Below, one piece after another: positions 16,400 through 25,244 of a stretch of 64,000 nucleotides of DNA. The position numbers were made by a program, and so were the translations under genes. Origin of the DNA: Acidobacteriota bacterium (lineage in GTDB: Bacteria > Acidobacteriota > Aminicenantia > Aminicenantales > Saccharicenantaceae); contig JADBLN010000057.1 in NCBI GenBank assembly GCA_014894455.1, positions 2,003 to 66,002 on the forward strand, given 5' to 3'. Under the pieces are notes generated by a model that saw nothing but the letters and a program-made list of their open reading frames with translations, was not told where the DNA came from and searched no databases. Position 1 is the first letter of the stretch; the number at the start of each line of letters is the position of its first letter.

Positions 16400-17769
16400 G
16401 CTTTGAACTGCTCCGGCCGGAAGTCCATGACCCGGCGGGCCCTGACGGCTTCGTTGGTCTTTAGCACGGCGACGCAGGACTCGTAGGCGAGCTCCGCCGG
16501 GCAGTTAAGAGACGTCCCGCGCCGGACGGCGTCGAAGAAGTTCTCGAGATGCGGCTGGTGGGCCGGCTTGGCCAGCTCGACTGGCAGGGGCCAGCGCCCG
16601 GCCTCGGCCGTCACCCGGACGTCGACGTAGACGTTCTTCGTCGTCGACTTCTGGATGGGCACGCTCTCGGACTGGAGGAGGCCGGCCTTCGCCAGGGAAT
16701 CCCATTCCGGGGCGTGAGGTTCGCGCATGGCCCAGTTGCCGCGCTGGGGGATCTCGGAGAGGACGAGCGAGCCGTTATCTCCCATGAAGGTCTCGTAGAA
16801 ACCGCCGTGCTGGGTCGTCGTCTGGACCTGGTAGAAGGCCCGCGACGTCCCCTCCTTCGTCTCGAACTCGTAGATGGCCATGACGTTGTCGTACCATTCC
16901 CAGTTCTTGTAGTAGTCGAGGCCGCCGCTGGCCACGACCGACTTGGGGTGCGTGCCGTAGACCCAGCTGAAGAGGTCGATCTGGTGGGAGCCCAGATCGA
17001 CCATCGGTCCGCCGCCGAACTTCTTGAAAAGGCGCCAGTTACGGAACTCGGTCATGGAGTTGTAGCCGTACTTGTCGAGGGTGGCTTGGTCGATGACATA
17101 CTTTTCCGGCCAGCCGAGAAGGTCCGCCTTGGCCCGGTTCCACTGGGCGTAAGCGACGGTCACCCGGCCGAGGAGGCTGCGGTCGCGGATGAGGCGGTCG
17201 ATGGCGTGGATGTAGCGCGGGTTGGAGCGGCGCTGGTGCCCGATCTGGAGGAGCTTGCCGGTCTCGCGGGCGGCCAGGACCATGGACCGGGCCTTGTCGA
17301 GCGAGTTGGACATCTCTTTTTCGCAGTAGACGTGGAGCCCGGCCCGGAGGCAGGCGTCGGCCTGTTCGGCGTGGACCCAGTCGGGGGTGGCGACGACGGC
17401 CGCCTGGAGGCCCTTCTCCGCGGCCAGGAGCTCGCGGTAATCCTCGTAGACGTTGGCGACGTGGCCGTACTTCTTGAGGTAGTTGCCCGCGTACTGGCGG
17501 CTGTAGGACCAGATGTCGCAGATGGCCGCGATGCGGACCGACGGGATGCGCAGCATGGACTCGATGAGGACGCGGCCCTGGGCGCCGCAGCCGATGACGG
17601 CGACGCGGAGCTCGTCGGCGCTTTTCGCGGCCGCGGGCGCGGCCTGGGATGGCGACTGGCCGAGGGCGGTCCCGGCCAGGGCGACGCCGAGGCCTGCCGT
17701 AGCCGAGGATTTGAGGAAATCGCGACGGGTGATCCGGTCTATCGCCGGCCTTTTTTCGGATATGCCCAT
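16396..17769 (-). CDS. Tat-exported Gfo/Idh/MocA-family oxidoreductase
   Basis: 457 aa with Tat motif TRRDFLKSSATAGLGVALAG. The Rossmann start is LRVAVIGCGAQGR and a conserved EKE-type segment (VYCEKEM) is present. An SD AGGAG lies 8 nt upstream. Confidence 0.88.
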   Translation of the reverse strand: MGISEKRPAIDRITRRDFLKSSATAGLGVALAGTALGQSPSQAAPAAAKSADELRVAVIGCGAQGRVLIESMLRIPSVRIAAICDIWSYSRQYAGNYLKKYGHVANVYEDYRELLAAEKGLQAAVVATPDWVHAEQADACLRAGLHVYCEKEMSNSLDKARSMVLAARETGKLLQIGHQRRSNPRYIHAIDRLIRDRSLLGRVTVAYAQWNRAKADLLGWPEKYVIDQATLDKYGYNSMTEFRNWRLFKKFGGGPMVDLGSHQIDLFSWVYGTHPKSVVASGGLDYYKNWEWYDNVMAIYEFETKEGTSRAFYQVQTTTQHGGFYETFMGDNGSLVLSEIPQRGNWAMREPHAPEWDSLAKAGLLQSESVPIQKSTTKNVYVDVRVTAEAGRWPLPVELAKPAHQPHLENFFDAVRRGTSLNCPAELAYESCVAVLKTNEAVRARRVMDFRPEQFKA

Positions 17770-17849
17770 GGAATCACTCCTGCCTCGGTTGAGGCCGCCT
17801 CATCATACTATAAAACGGGGGACGAGATGAAGGCGGAAAACCGGCCCGG

Positions 17850-18869
17850 TCAGCCGCGGCCGGCCAGGCCCTCGAGCTCCTTGCGGCTCTCCGGAGTAGT
17901 GATGAAAACGAGGATATCCTTTTCCCGGAGGACGGTGTCGGCCGGCGGATTGAAGATGTAGCCCGGGCCGCCCTCGCGCTTGACGGCGACGAGGAGGGAT
18001 TCCCGCTTCTCGTGGATCGTCGTCTCGGCCAGGGTTTTCCCGGCCAGGGGGGAGCCGGGCTCGACCTCGACCTCGTCGACGCGGAAGGCCTTGTCTCTCT
18101 CCCGGAGCATCATGTCGAGGAAGGTCACGGCGGCCGGCCGGACCATCTGGGAGACCATGCGCATGCCCCCGATGAAGGTCGGAGACACGGCGTAGTCGGC
18201 GCCGGCCCGGACCATTTTTTCGTGGGACTTGACGTCGATCCCCTTGGTCACGATCCGGATCTGCGGGTTGAGCTGGCGGGCCGTGACCGTGACGAAGAGG
18301 TTGGCCTCGTCGGTGGGCAGGGAGAGGAGGATGCCGCGGGCCCGTTCGATCCCGGCCTTCTTCAGCACCTCGTCGTCGGCCGGGTCGCCTTCGACGAAAA
18401 GAAAGGTCGCCGCGGCCGCGGCCTTGTCGATCTTGGCCCGGTCCGGCTCGACGACGACGAAATCCCGTTTCGTCGTGATGAGCTCCCGGATGATGGTCTG
18501 GGCCGTCTCGTCGGCGCCGCAGACGATGTCGTGGCCCTTGAGCCGGCCGATGTCCTTTTCCATCTTTCGCCTCCCCAGGATGCGTTTGAGCTCCCCCTCG
18601 ACGACGAACGCGGTGATCGAGGTCACGGCGAAGGCGATCGTCCCCAGGGAGAGGATGATGTAGGCGGCGGCGAAGACGCGGGCGGCCGGGTTTCCGCCGA
18701 GGTCGTGGGTTTCGCCGTAGCCGACGGTGCCGACGGTGATGACGGTCATGTAGACCGCGTCGAGGAGGGACCATTCGGCGCCGCCGATCGTCTTGAAGCC
18801 GGCGACGCCGATGAGGAAGACGGTGACAAACAGCCCGAGGGAGATGAAGATGCGTTTGCGGCTGTCCAT
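17850..18869 (-). CDS. 2-TM K+ channel with RCK (TrkA-N/TrkA-C) domains (MthK-like)
   Basis: 339 aa with selectivity filter TVGTVGYGE. The RCK Rossmann segment is GHDIVCGADETAQ and a C-terminal TrkA-C-like domain follows. Confidence 0.88.
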   Translation of the reverse strand: MDSRKRIFISLGLFVTVFLIGVAGFKTIGGAEWSLLDAVYMTVITVGTVGYGETHDLGGNPAARVFAAAYIILSLGTIAFAVTSITAFVVEGELKRILGRRKMEKDIGRLKGHDIVCGADETAQTIIRELITTKRDFVVVEPDRAKIDKAAAAATFLFVEGDPADDEVLKKAGIERARGILLSLPTDEANLFVTVTARQLNPQIRIVTKGIDVKSHEKMVRAGADYAVSPTFIGGMRMVSQMVRPAAVTFLDMMLRERDKAFRVDEVEVEPGSPLAGKTLAETTIHEKRESLLVAVKREGGPGYIFNPPADTVLREKDILVFITTPESRKELEGLAGRG

Positions 18870-18930
18870 CGTGTTCCGGCGTCCTTAGCCCCGATTATAC
18901 GAAAGCGGCGGCGCTTCCGCAAGGCGGCGC

Positions 18931-20550
18931 TCAGCGCTTGAAGAGATGGACGAGCTTCTTCAGGTATTCGAGAACGGACTTCTTGTCGGCGCCCGCTTCG
19001 ATATCCCGGGCGGCGAGGTCCTTGACCTTCCGCAGCGTCTCCAGGTTCGCCCGGTTCCGGCCGCTGACGACCTCGGCGACCGCGTCGGTGAGCTGGGGAT
19101 TGCGGGCGAGCAGCGCGGCGAAGGCCCCGGCCCGGATCTCGAGGAGCTCGGCCTCTTCGGCGACGACCACGGTGGCCGTCCGCGGCATGCCCGTGAAGAG
19201 CGACATCTCGCCGACGAGCCCGCCCGGGCCGACCGTGAAATCCGTCGTGTAGGCCTTCCCGTTCTCCTCGTAGGCGATCTCGCCCTTGACCCGGCCGCCG
19301 GCGACGAGATAGCAGACCTCCCCCGGATCGCCCTGCCGGAAGATGACCTCGCCGGCGCCGAAGCGGCGGCGATCGGCCCTCGAGGCGAGCTCCCGGATCT
19401 CGGGATCCGAGAGCAGCGGCTGGCCGGCCTTTTCCCCCTCCCCGAACTGCAGGAACGCCGACCGGGCGAAGTCCTGGAAGTTCTTTTCCTTTTCCGTGGA
19501 GATCTCGGCGATCCGGTCCTCCGACGGCCGGAGGACACGGAGGATGTCCTTCAGCTTGCTCTCGACGGGGACGGGGATCTCGATCCCCAGCCGGCGAAGC
19601 TTGTGCCAGACGAGCCGGCCGACCTCTCCGGCGATGGCGGGCCTGCGCCCGTAGTCGGAGATCCAAAATTTCGCGAGGTAGGACAATCCGAACTCGTCGT
19701 AGCTCTGCAGGTAGGCGGTCGGGGCGGGCTCGGCGAGAACCCCCGCCGTCTCCCTGGCCGCCTCGACCAGAAGCCCCAGGACGACGGCCGGCGGGGCCAG
19801 GAAGTCGACCTTGATCGGAAGGACGACGGCCGAGGCCCGGTCCGGAAGGGAGAAATTGACGATCGTCTGTGAGGCGACGACGGTGTTGGGGATGACGACG
19901 ATGTTCGAGGCCCGGTCCCGCAGCCGCGTCTCCCGCCAGTTCGTGTCAACGACCTGGCCTTCCATCTCCCCGACCTTGACCCAGTCGCCGCGGCTGAAGG
20001 ATTTCGTGTAGTGGAGCGACATCCCGGAAAAGACGTTGCCGAGCACGCCCTGGAGGGCCAGGCCGAGGACGGCCGTCAGGATGGCCGAGCCGGCCAGCAG
20101 GGGTGTGATGTTGAAGCCGAGAAACTCGCGGAGGATGGCCAGAGCGGCCGCGATATAGACGACGATCAGGAAAAAGCCGTGGAGGACGCGAGGCAGGGGA
20201 AACGGCCGCTCCTTTTTCTCGTACCGCACGCGGACGAGGCCGTCGAAGAGCCGGACGAGGAAGAAGATGACGGAAAAGACGAAGGCGGCGTCGACGAACC
20301 TGAAAAACTTCGCCCCGAGCGGCAGGGCGGTCCTGAGAACCGGCAGCTTGGCCAGTCCGGCGGCGGCCAGGAGAGAAACCGGAAGGAGGAGCCTGAACCG
20401 CAGGCCGGTCACGCTTCTCGCGCCGGCGGCCTCTGGACGGACGAAAACCCGGCGGAGCAGGGCCATGACCAGGCCCGCCAGCGCGATGAAGAGGATAGCG
20501 AAGAGGATCTGCCCGTATAGCGTCAACTCCGGAGAGAAGTTCTTCTCCAT
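18931..20550 (-). CDS. MscS-family mechanosensitive channel fused to a C-terminal cyclic-nucleotide-binding domain (bCNG-type)
   Basis: 539 aa with N-terminal TM helices and an MscS beta-domain. The CNB motif reads FRQGDPGEVCYLVAGG...VGEMSLFTGMPRTATVVA. Confidence 0.85.
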   Translation of the reverse strand: MEKNFSPELTLYGQILFAILFIALAGLVMALLRRVFVRPEAAGARSVTGLRFRLLLPVSLLAAAGLAKLPVLRTALPLGAKFFRFVDAAFVFSVIFFLVRLFDGLVRVRYEKKERPFPLPRVLHGFFLIVVYIAAALAILREFLGFNITPLLAGSAILTAVLGLALQGVLGNVFSGMSLHYTKSFSRGDWVKVGEMEGQVVDTNWRETRLRDRASNIVVIPNTVVASQTIVNFSLPDRASAVVLPIKVDFLAPPAVVLGLLVEAARETAGVLAEPAPTAYLQSYDEFGLSYLAKFWISDYGRRPAIAGEVGRLVWHKLRRLGIEIPVPVESKLKDILRVLRPSEDRIAEISTEKEKNFQDFARSAFLQFGEGEKAGQPLLSDPEIRELASRADRRRFGAGEVIFRQGDPGEVCYLVAGGRVKGEIAYEENGKAYTTDFTVGPGGLVGEMSLFTGMPRTATVVVAEEAELLEIRAGAFAALLARNPQLTDAVAEVVSGRNRANLETLRKVKDLAARDIEAGADKKSVLEYLKKLVHLFKR

Positions 20551-20553
20551 GGC

Positions 20554-21372
20554 TCATTCCTTTCCGAGTTTGAGACCCTGGGCCGCCGCGAGCGTCGCCG
20601 GAAAGCGCCCGCGTGCTTCCCCGAGGATAATGTCCACCGCGTCGTCGGTGTGGGCGGGGTTAAAATGGGCGAGGACGAGATGCCCAACCCCCGACCCGGC
20701 GGCGAGCGACGTCCCGGCCAGCCAGGTCGAATGACCCCAGCCCTTTCTGCCGGCTTCGTATTCCGCGGGTGTGAACATGGCGTCAGAGACGAGGTACTCC
20801 GCGCCGCGGGCGAAAGCGGCCAGGCGTTCGTCGATGCCCGTCTCCGGATGCTCCGTGTCCGTGGCCAGGACGACGCTCCTCGCGCCGGCATCGAGCCGGT
20901 AGGCGACGCTGCCCTGGGGGTGGCGGAGGCGGCAGGCGGAAACCCCGATGCCTCCGGCGAGCGGCCCCGGCGCGAATTCCCGGAATTCTTTCCGGGCTGC
21001 CGTCCGGCCGAGCCCGAGGGGAAAATAGGGGTAGGCCATCAGCCCGGCGAGGGCGCTTTCCGTCTCCCGGGCTCCGGCCGGGGCATGGACGACGAGCATC
21101 GTCCGGGGCGAGAAGAGGGGCGCGAACACCGGGAATCCCATGATATGGTCGAGGTGGAAATGGGTCAGCAGGAGGTCGATGCGGATGTCCCCGTCTCCCT
21201 CCTCGGCCATGATCCGGTCGCCCAGCTCGCGGAGGCCCGTTCCGGCGTCGATGACGATGTACTGCCCGGGCCCGACCCGGACCGACGAGCAGGTCGTGTG
21301 CCCGCCGTAGCGGGCCCAGGCGGCCCCCGGCGCCGGCGCCGTTCCGCGGACTCCCCAGAATTCGAGTTCCAT
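20554..21372 (-). CDS. MBL-fold metallo-hydrolase, possibly a class II-type cyclic-nucleotide phosphodiesterase
   Basis: 272 aa. The metal motif LLLTHFHLDHIMG matches the start of the class II PDE signature HxHLDH[LIVM]x[GS] (recalled from memory). It lies 9 nt after the cyclase gene and 3 nt before the CNB-channel gene. Confidence 0.8.
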   Translation of the reverse strand: MELEFWGVRGTAPAPGAAWARYGGHTTCSSVRVGPGQYIVIDAGTGLRELGDRIMAEEGDGDIRIDLLLTHFHLDHIMGFPVFAPLFSPRTMLVVHAPAGARETESALAGLMAYPYFPLGLGRTAARKEFREFAPGPLAGGIGVSACRLRHPQGSVAYRLDAGARSVVLATDTEHPETGIDERLAAFARGAEYLVSDAMFTPAEYEAGRKGWGHSTWLAGTSLAAGSGVGHLVLAHFNPAHTDDAVDIILGEARGRFPATLAAAQGLKLGKE

Positions 21373-21381
21373 GGTCTTATC

Positions 21382-23505
21382 CTATTTTTTATCGAGCTCG
21401 TAGATGCCGTCCCAGTCGCTGGGTGGGGGCGAGGCTGCCGACTGCCGCGCCCGGCCGGCGTAGACCGCTGCCACGGGGTCGCCGGCGAGGGCTTCGAACA
21501 TGGCCGCGGCCTCGGAGAAGCGTTGCGCCCGGTAGGTTTCGAGGGCCCGGCCGAAACGGGCCGCCTTTTCCATTTCCTCGGCGGGGACCGCGCCCTTTTC
21601 CCCGAGGAGCTCGAAGACGCGGATGGGCTGTTTCTTCCCGACGACACGGATGACGTCCACTTCCCGGGCCAGGATCTCGTCCCGCACCCGCCGCTCCGTC
21701 TCTTCGCCGACGAGAGTTGAAACCCCGTAGACCTTGCCGGCGCCCTCGAGCCGCGAGGCCAGGTTCATCGTATCGCCCATGGCCGTGTAGTCGAAGCGCC
21801 GCTCCGAACCCATGTTGCCGACGACGGCCGGGCCCGAGTTGATCCCGACCCGCATGCGGACCTCGTGCCCGTAGCTGCGGCGGAAGTCCTCGCGGCGTTC
21901 GGCGAGCCGCCGCTGGCAGCGGAGGGCGGCCCGGCAGGCCCGCAGAGCGTGGTCGGGAAGGTCGAGCGGCGCGTTCCAGAAGGCGATGATGGCGTCGCCT
22001 TCATACTTGTCAAGGGTGCCGCCGAGGTCGAGGATGATGTCCGTCATCTCCGAAAGGTAGGCGTTGAGCAGGCCGACGAGGTCTTCGGGCGAGAGGCCCT
22101 CGGAGATCGAGGTAAAGCCCGCGACGTCGGAGAAAAAGGCGGTGATCTCCCGCCTCTCGCCGCCGAGCCGGAGGAGGGACGGGTTGTCCAGGACGCGTTC
22201 GATGACCTGTGGGCTCAAGTAAAAGCGAAAGGCGTTCTTGATGAAGCGGCGCTGGCGTCCTTCGACGCCATAGCTGAGGAGCGCGGCCGCGATGAAGGCG
22301 GAGAGCGCCGCGAAGGCCGGGGCGACGAACTCGATCCAGACGCCGGCCCGGGCGGCCAGGAGGGAGCCCGCAGACGCCAAGGCCGGCAGGGACAGTCCGA
22401 GGGCGGCGAGATGTCCGGTTTTCTTCAGCATCGACGTTCCAATCCCGGCGAGGAGGGCGAAAACGAGGACCGAAACCCAGGTGACGACGGCGGGGGCCTC
22501 GCGGATAAACGTCTTGCCGACGAGGTTGTCGAGGGCCGTGGCCAGGATTTCCATCCCCGGATAGACGCCGCCGAAAGGCGTCGGGCGGAAGTCAAGCAGT
22601 CCGGCCGCCGTCGTCCCGACGATGACGGTCTTGCCGGCGAATTCCCGGGGCTGAACCTGGGGCTCGAGGCCTTCTTCGATGCGGGCCTGGGAATTGATGA
22701 TCGCGCCGATCGAGTAGGTTTTATACGTCCCGCGCGGGCCGAAAAAGTGGAGGATCATGTTTCCCGAACGGTCCAAGGGGACTTTGTGGAGGTCCACCCC
22801 GTCGGAGATGAATTCGGCCATGGCCAGGGGCAGGGCCGGAAGGAGCCAATCTCCGTAGCCAAAGACGAGCGGCAGCCGCCTGTAGACGGAATCGCCGTCC
22901 GGGACGAACTGGACGTTGCCCATCTTCACGGCGGTCGCGGCCAGGATGTCGACCGGCAGGGACACGGACCTTGCCAGAGGGACTGCCCACTCCTCTGGAG
23001 ATGAGGGGACGGTCCCTCTGGGACTGGCGGAACGGGCGAGGACTTCTTCCGCGACCGGGGCGGCCTCCTTCTCCTCGCGGCTGAGGAAGAAGGGCAGGAA
23101 GACGTTTCCCGCGCGGGTCATGGCCTCGGCCAGGAGCCGGTCGTCGTCGACGCCGTAGGTCGAATCCTCCGTTAGCATGAGGTCGAGAAAGACCGCCTTG
23201 GCGCCGCCTGCCTTCAGGAAGTCGAGGACGCCGGCGTAGATCTGCCGCGGCCAGGGCCAGCCGAGGCCCTGCTCTTTTTCGTAGACATCCAGACTGGACT
23301 GGTCGATGGCCAGGAGGACGATGTCGGCGTCGGCGCGGGAGGGATCGGCGAGAAGTTGGAGGCGCGCGTCCCATGACTTCCACTCTAGGGGCGGGAAGAC
23401 CTTCAGGAGGCCCAGGAGTAAGGTGAGGGCGAAAACGGCCAAGCCGACCGCGAGGCCTCGAAGAGCTTTCTTGCGGGCCGGAGATTTCGTCTTTTCGTTC
23501 GGCAT
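21382..23505 (-). CDS. CHASE2-domain membrane adenylate/guanylate cyclase (class III)
   Basis: 707 aa. An N-terminal TM is followed by a ~300-aa extracytoplasmic region, three TM helices, and a catalytic domain (EITAFFSDVAGFTSISE, GDAIIAFWNAP, RVGINSGPAVVGNMG). Confidence 0.88.
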   Translation of the reverse strand: MPNEKTKSPARKKALRGLAVGLAVFALTLLLGLLKVFPPLEWKSWDARLQLLADPSRADADIVLLAIDQSSLDVYEKEQGLGWPWPRQIYAGVLDFLKAGGAKAVFLDLMLTEDSTYGVDDDRLLAEAMTRAGNVFLPFFLSREEKEAAPVAEEVLARSASPRGTVPSSPEEWAVPLARSVSLPVDILAATAVKMGNVQFVPDGDSVYRRLPLVFGYGDWLLPALPLAMAEFISDGVDLHKVPLDRSGNMILHFFGPRGTYKTYSIGAIINSQARIEEGLEPQVQPREFAGKTVIVGTTAAGLLDFRPTPFGGVYPGMEILATALDNLVGKTFIREAPAVVTWVSVLVFALLAGIGTSMLKKTGHLAALGLSLPALASAGSLLAARAGVWIEFVAPAFAALSAFIAAALLSYGVEGRQRRFIKNAFRFYLSPQVIERVLDNPSLLRLGGERREITAFFSDVAGFTSISEGLSPEDLVGLLNAYLSEMTDIILDLGGTLDKYEGDAIIAFWNAPLDLPDHALRACRAALRCQRRLAERREDFRRSYGHEVRMRVGINSGPAVVGNMGSERRFDYTAMGDTMNLASRLEGAGKVYGVSTLVGEETERRVRDEILAREVDVIRVVGKKQPIRVFELLGEKGAVPAEEMEKAARFGRALETYRAQRFSEAAAMFEALAGDPVAAVYAGRARQSAASPPPSDWDGIYELDKK

Positions 23506-23565
23506 GATCCGTTCACATCAGCATCGGGCGCGAAAGCGCCGGAGCCCGGCAAGCCAGGGGCCCGG

Positions 23566-24483
23566 TCAACGCAGGTTCTTGGCGGCTTCGGCGAACCGGG
23601 CCGTCCGGACGTCGAGCTTCGCGGGCGCGGCGCCCAGGACTGCGGTCTCGGTCTTCACCCGGACCAGCCGGTCGGCCGGGCTCGGGTGCGTCTTAAACCA
23701 GCCCGCCGCCGTGCCGGAAGGCTTATGTTCCTCCATGCCCACGAGAAATTCGGCCAGCCCGCCGGGCGAATAGCCCGTCCGAACGGCGAAGGACAGGGCC
23801 AACTTGTCGGCCTCGTACTCGAACTTGCGGTCATAGCCCCGCTCGACCAGGGTCTCGACGACGTCGCCGAGAACGCCCTCGAAGATGCCGGTGACCTTGG
23901 CCAGCTCCTCGGAGTTGAACTGCCGGGAGGCTTCGCTGCCGATGACCTTGAAAGCGTCCAGGAGGCGCGATTTCTTGATGGACTGGAGCCCGTGCCGCTC
24001 GGCGACGTGGCCGATCTCGTGGGCCAGGATGGCGGCCAGCGTTTCCTCGTCGCCGCAGCGTCTGACCAGGCCCTTGGTGACGAAGATGAACCCACCAGGG
24101 GCGGCCATGGCGTTGACCTCGTCGGTGTCGAGGACGAGGAAATGATAGCCCCCGTATGTTTCGGGCCGGTCGGAGTTGTAGGCGAGGATCGTTCCCATGA
24201 CATTGACGTAGGAATTCAGGGCCTCGTTCCGGTAGGGCATGTACTTCGAGAGGATGAGGGCGGCCGTGGCCCGGCCGATGTAGTATTCCTCTTCTTCGGT
24301 GATCTCGGCGAAGGTCGAGCGCACGACCTCGGCGGTTCGGACCAGGGACTGGGCGTCCTCCCGGCTGACCTTGCCCGTCGAGGCGATGATGTCCGCGGCG
24401 CCCTGCTTGACGGCCTGGCAGCCCGAAAAGGAGAGGGAGGCGGCGATGGCGATCGACACGAGGGCCTTAGCGCGGGCGGTCAT
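23566..24483 (-). CDS. M48-family zinc metalloprotease lipoprotein
   Basis: 305 aa from the ATG at 24483 (SD GGAGG). It has lipobox LSFSGC and zinc motif AILAHEIGHVAERH. The track ORF to 24741 is an extension into the upstream gene. Confidence 0.85.
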   Translation of the reverse strand: MTARAKALVSIAIAASLSFSGCQAVKQGAADIIASTGKVSREDAQSLVRTAEVVRSTFAEITEEEEYYIGRATAALILSKYMPYRNEALNSYVNVMGTILAYNSDRPETYGGYHFLVLDTDEVNAMAAPGGFIFVTKGLVRRCGDEETLAAILAHEIGHVAERHGLQSIKKSRLLDAFKVIGSEASRQFNSEELAKVTGIFEGVLGDVVETLVERGYDRKFEYEADKLALSFAVRTGYSPGGLAEFLVGMEEHKPSGTAAGWFKTHPSPADRLVRVKTETAVLGAAPAKLDVRTARFAEAAKNLR

Positions 24484-24965
24484 CGGGAGCCTCCGAATTC
24501 GCCGAGTTTCCCTTCTTTCATGAAGGCCTCGACCTCGGCCGGCGTGGGCCTGACTTTTTCCATGGCGTCGACGGCCGCGAAATCGGCGGCCGCGTTCCCG
24601 GCCCGGTATTTGTCCTCGACCTGCTTGTTGAAGCCCTTGGCGGCCAGAGCGACCTCGCCCGCGGAGGCCTGGGTTTTCATGGTCTTGTCCATGGCCAGGA
24701 GGCCGAGCTTCTTCGACTCCACCGCCGTCGAGTGGAGCCACCCGACGACCCCGGCCTTGGTCTTGACCTTGACCCAGCCGTCGCGGGCCTCGAGCTTCTC
24801 CAGCGAGTCGCCGGCCTTGATGGCGGCGACGATGGGAGCGGTGAATTTCGGGTCGCGCCTGAGGCTCGTCGTCTTGATCTTGACGACGACGGTCTCGGCC
24901 AGGAGAAAGACGAAGACGGCGAGAACCGCCGCAATTAGGAACGTCAGACGAGCGGGCTTTTTCAT
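24480..24965 (-). CDS. membrane-anchored bacterial SH3 (SH3b) domain protein
   Basis: 161 aa from the ATG at 24965 (SD AAGGAGG). It has an N-terminal TM and an SH3b pattern DGWVKVKTKAGVVGWL. Its stop overlaps the M48 start by 4 nt. Confidence 0.7.
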   Translation of the reverse strand: MKKPARLTFLIAAVLAVFVFLLAETVVVKIKTTSLRRDPKFTAPIVAAIKAGDSLEKLEARDGWVKVKTKAGVVGWLHSTAVESKKLGLLAMDKTMKTQASAGEVALAAKGFNKQVEDKYRAGNAAADFAAVDAMEKVRPTPAEVEAFMKEGKLGEFGGSR

Positions 24966-25063
24966 CCGGACCTCCTTACTTGAACGCGCTTTCATCATAG
25001 GCAAAAGGAGAACGGCAAGTCAACCCCTAGACTCCCCGGCATGAATGCCGAGGCTAGGGCTTC

Positions 25064-25157
25064 CCACCGGCTTGGCAGTGCCGGTGCTGGGGACCGGCAG
25101 TCCCGGTCCTGCCGGCTTCGCCACCGGCTTGGCAGTGCCGGTGCTGGAGACCGGCAG
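25064..25157. repeat. two 37-bp direct repeats (25064-25100 and 25121-25157), each holding a CACCGGC-N8-GCCGGTG palindrome and a sigma-54-like TGGCAG-N5-GTGCT
   Basis: The copies are 36/37 identical with a 57-bp period. They lie in the divergent spacer between the SH3/M48 operon and the alpha-2-macroglobulin gene. GG and GC are spaced as in -24/-12 promoters (25073-25088 and 25130-25145, + strand). Confidence 0.8.
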
Positions 25158-25244
25158 GGGCGGTGGCAAGACCGGGGCCGACGGCCTTGACTTTTTCGGA
25201 CCCGCGGGCTACGCTTGCCGCGAAGGATTTGGGGAGAATTATCC

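Noticed and set aside
14534-16486. 650-aa + strand ORF, and similar long antisense ORFs (6641-8158, 21865-23004, 39511-40881, 40391-41923, 41697-43178, 47716-49338, 50783-52453, 52431-53789)
   Set aside because: Each is antisense to, or frame-shifted against, a gene with clear family motifs. All are Arg/Gly/Asp/Pro-rich with no recognisable domains.
17850-23505. Reading the cyclase plus cNMP-binding membrane effector as a Pycsar/CBASS-like antiphage system
   Set aside because: The cyclase is a large CHASE2 membrane sensor rather than a compact cytosolic defence cyclase. The effector is a full MscS channel. There are no phage-defence or mobile-element neighbours. Physiological signalling is the more economical reading.
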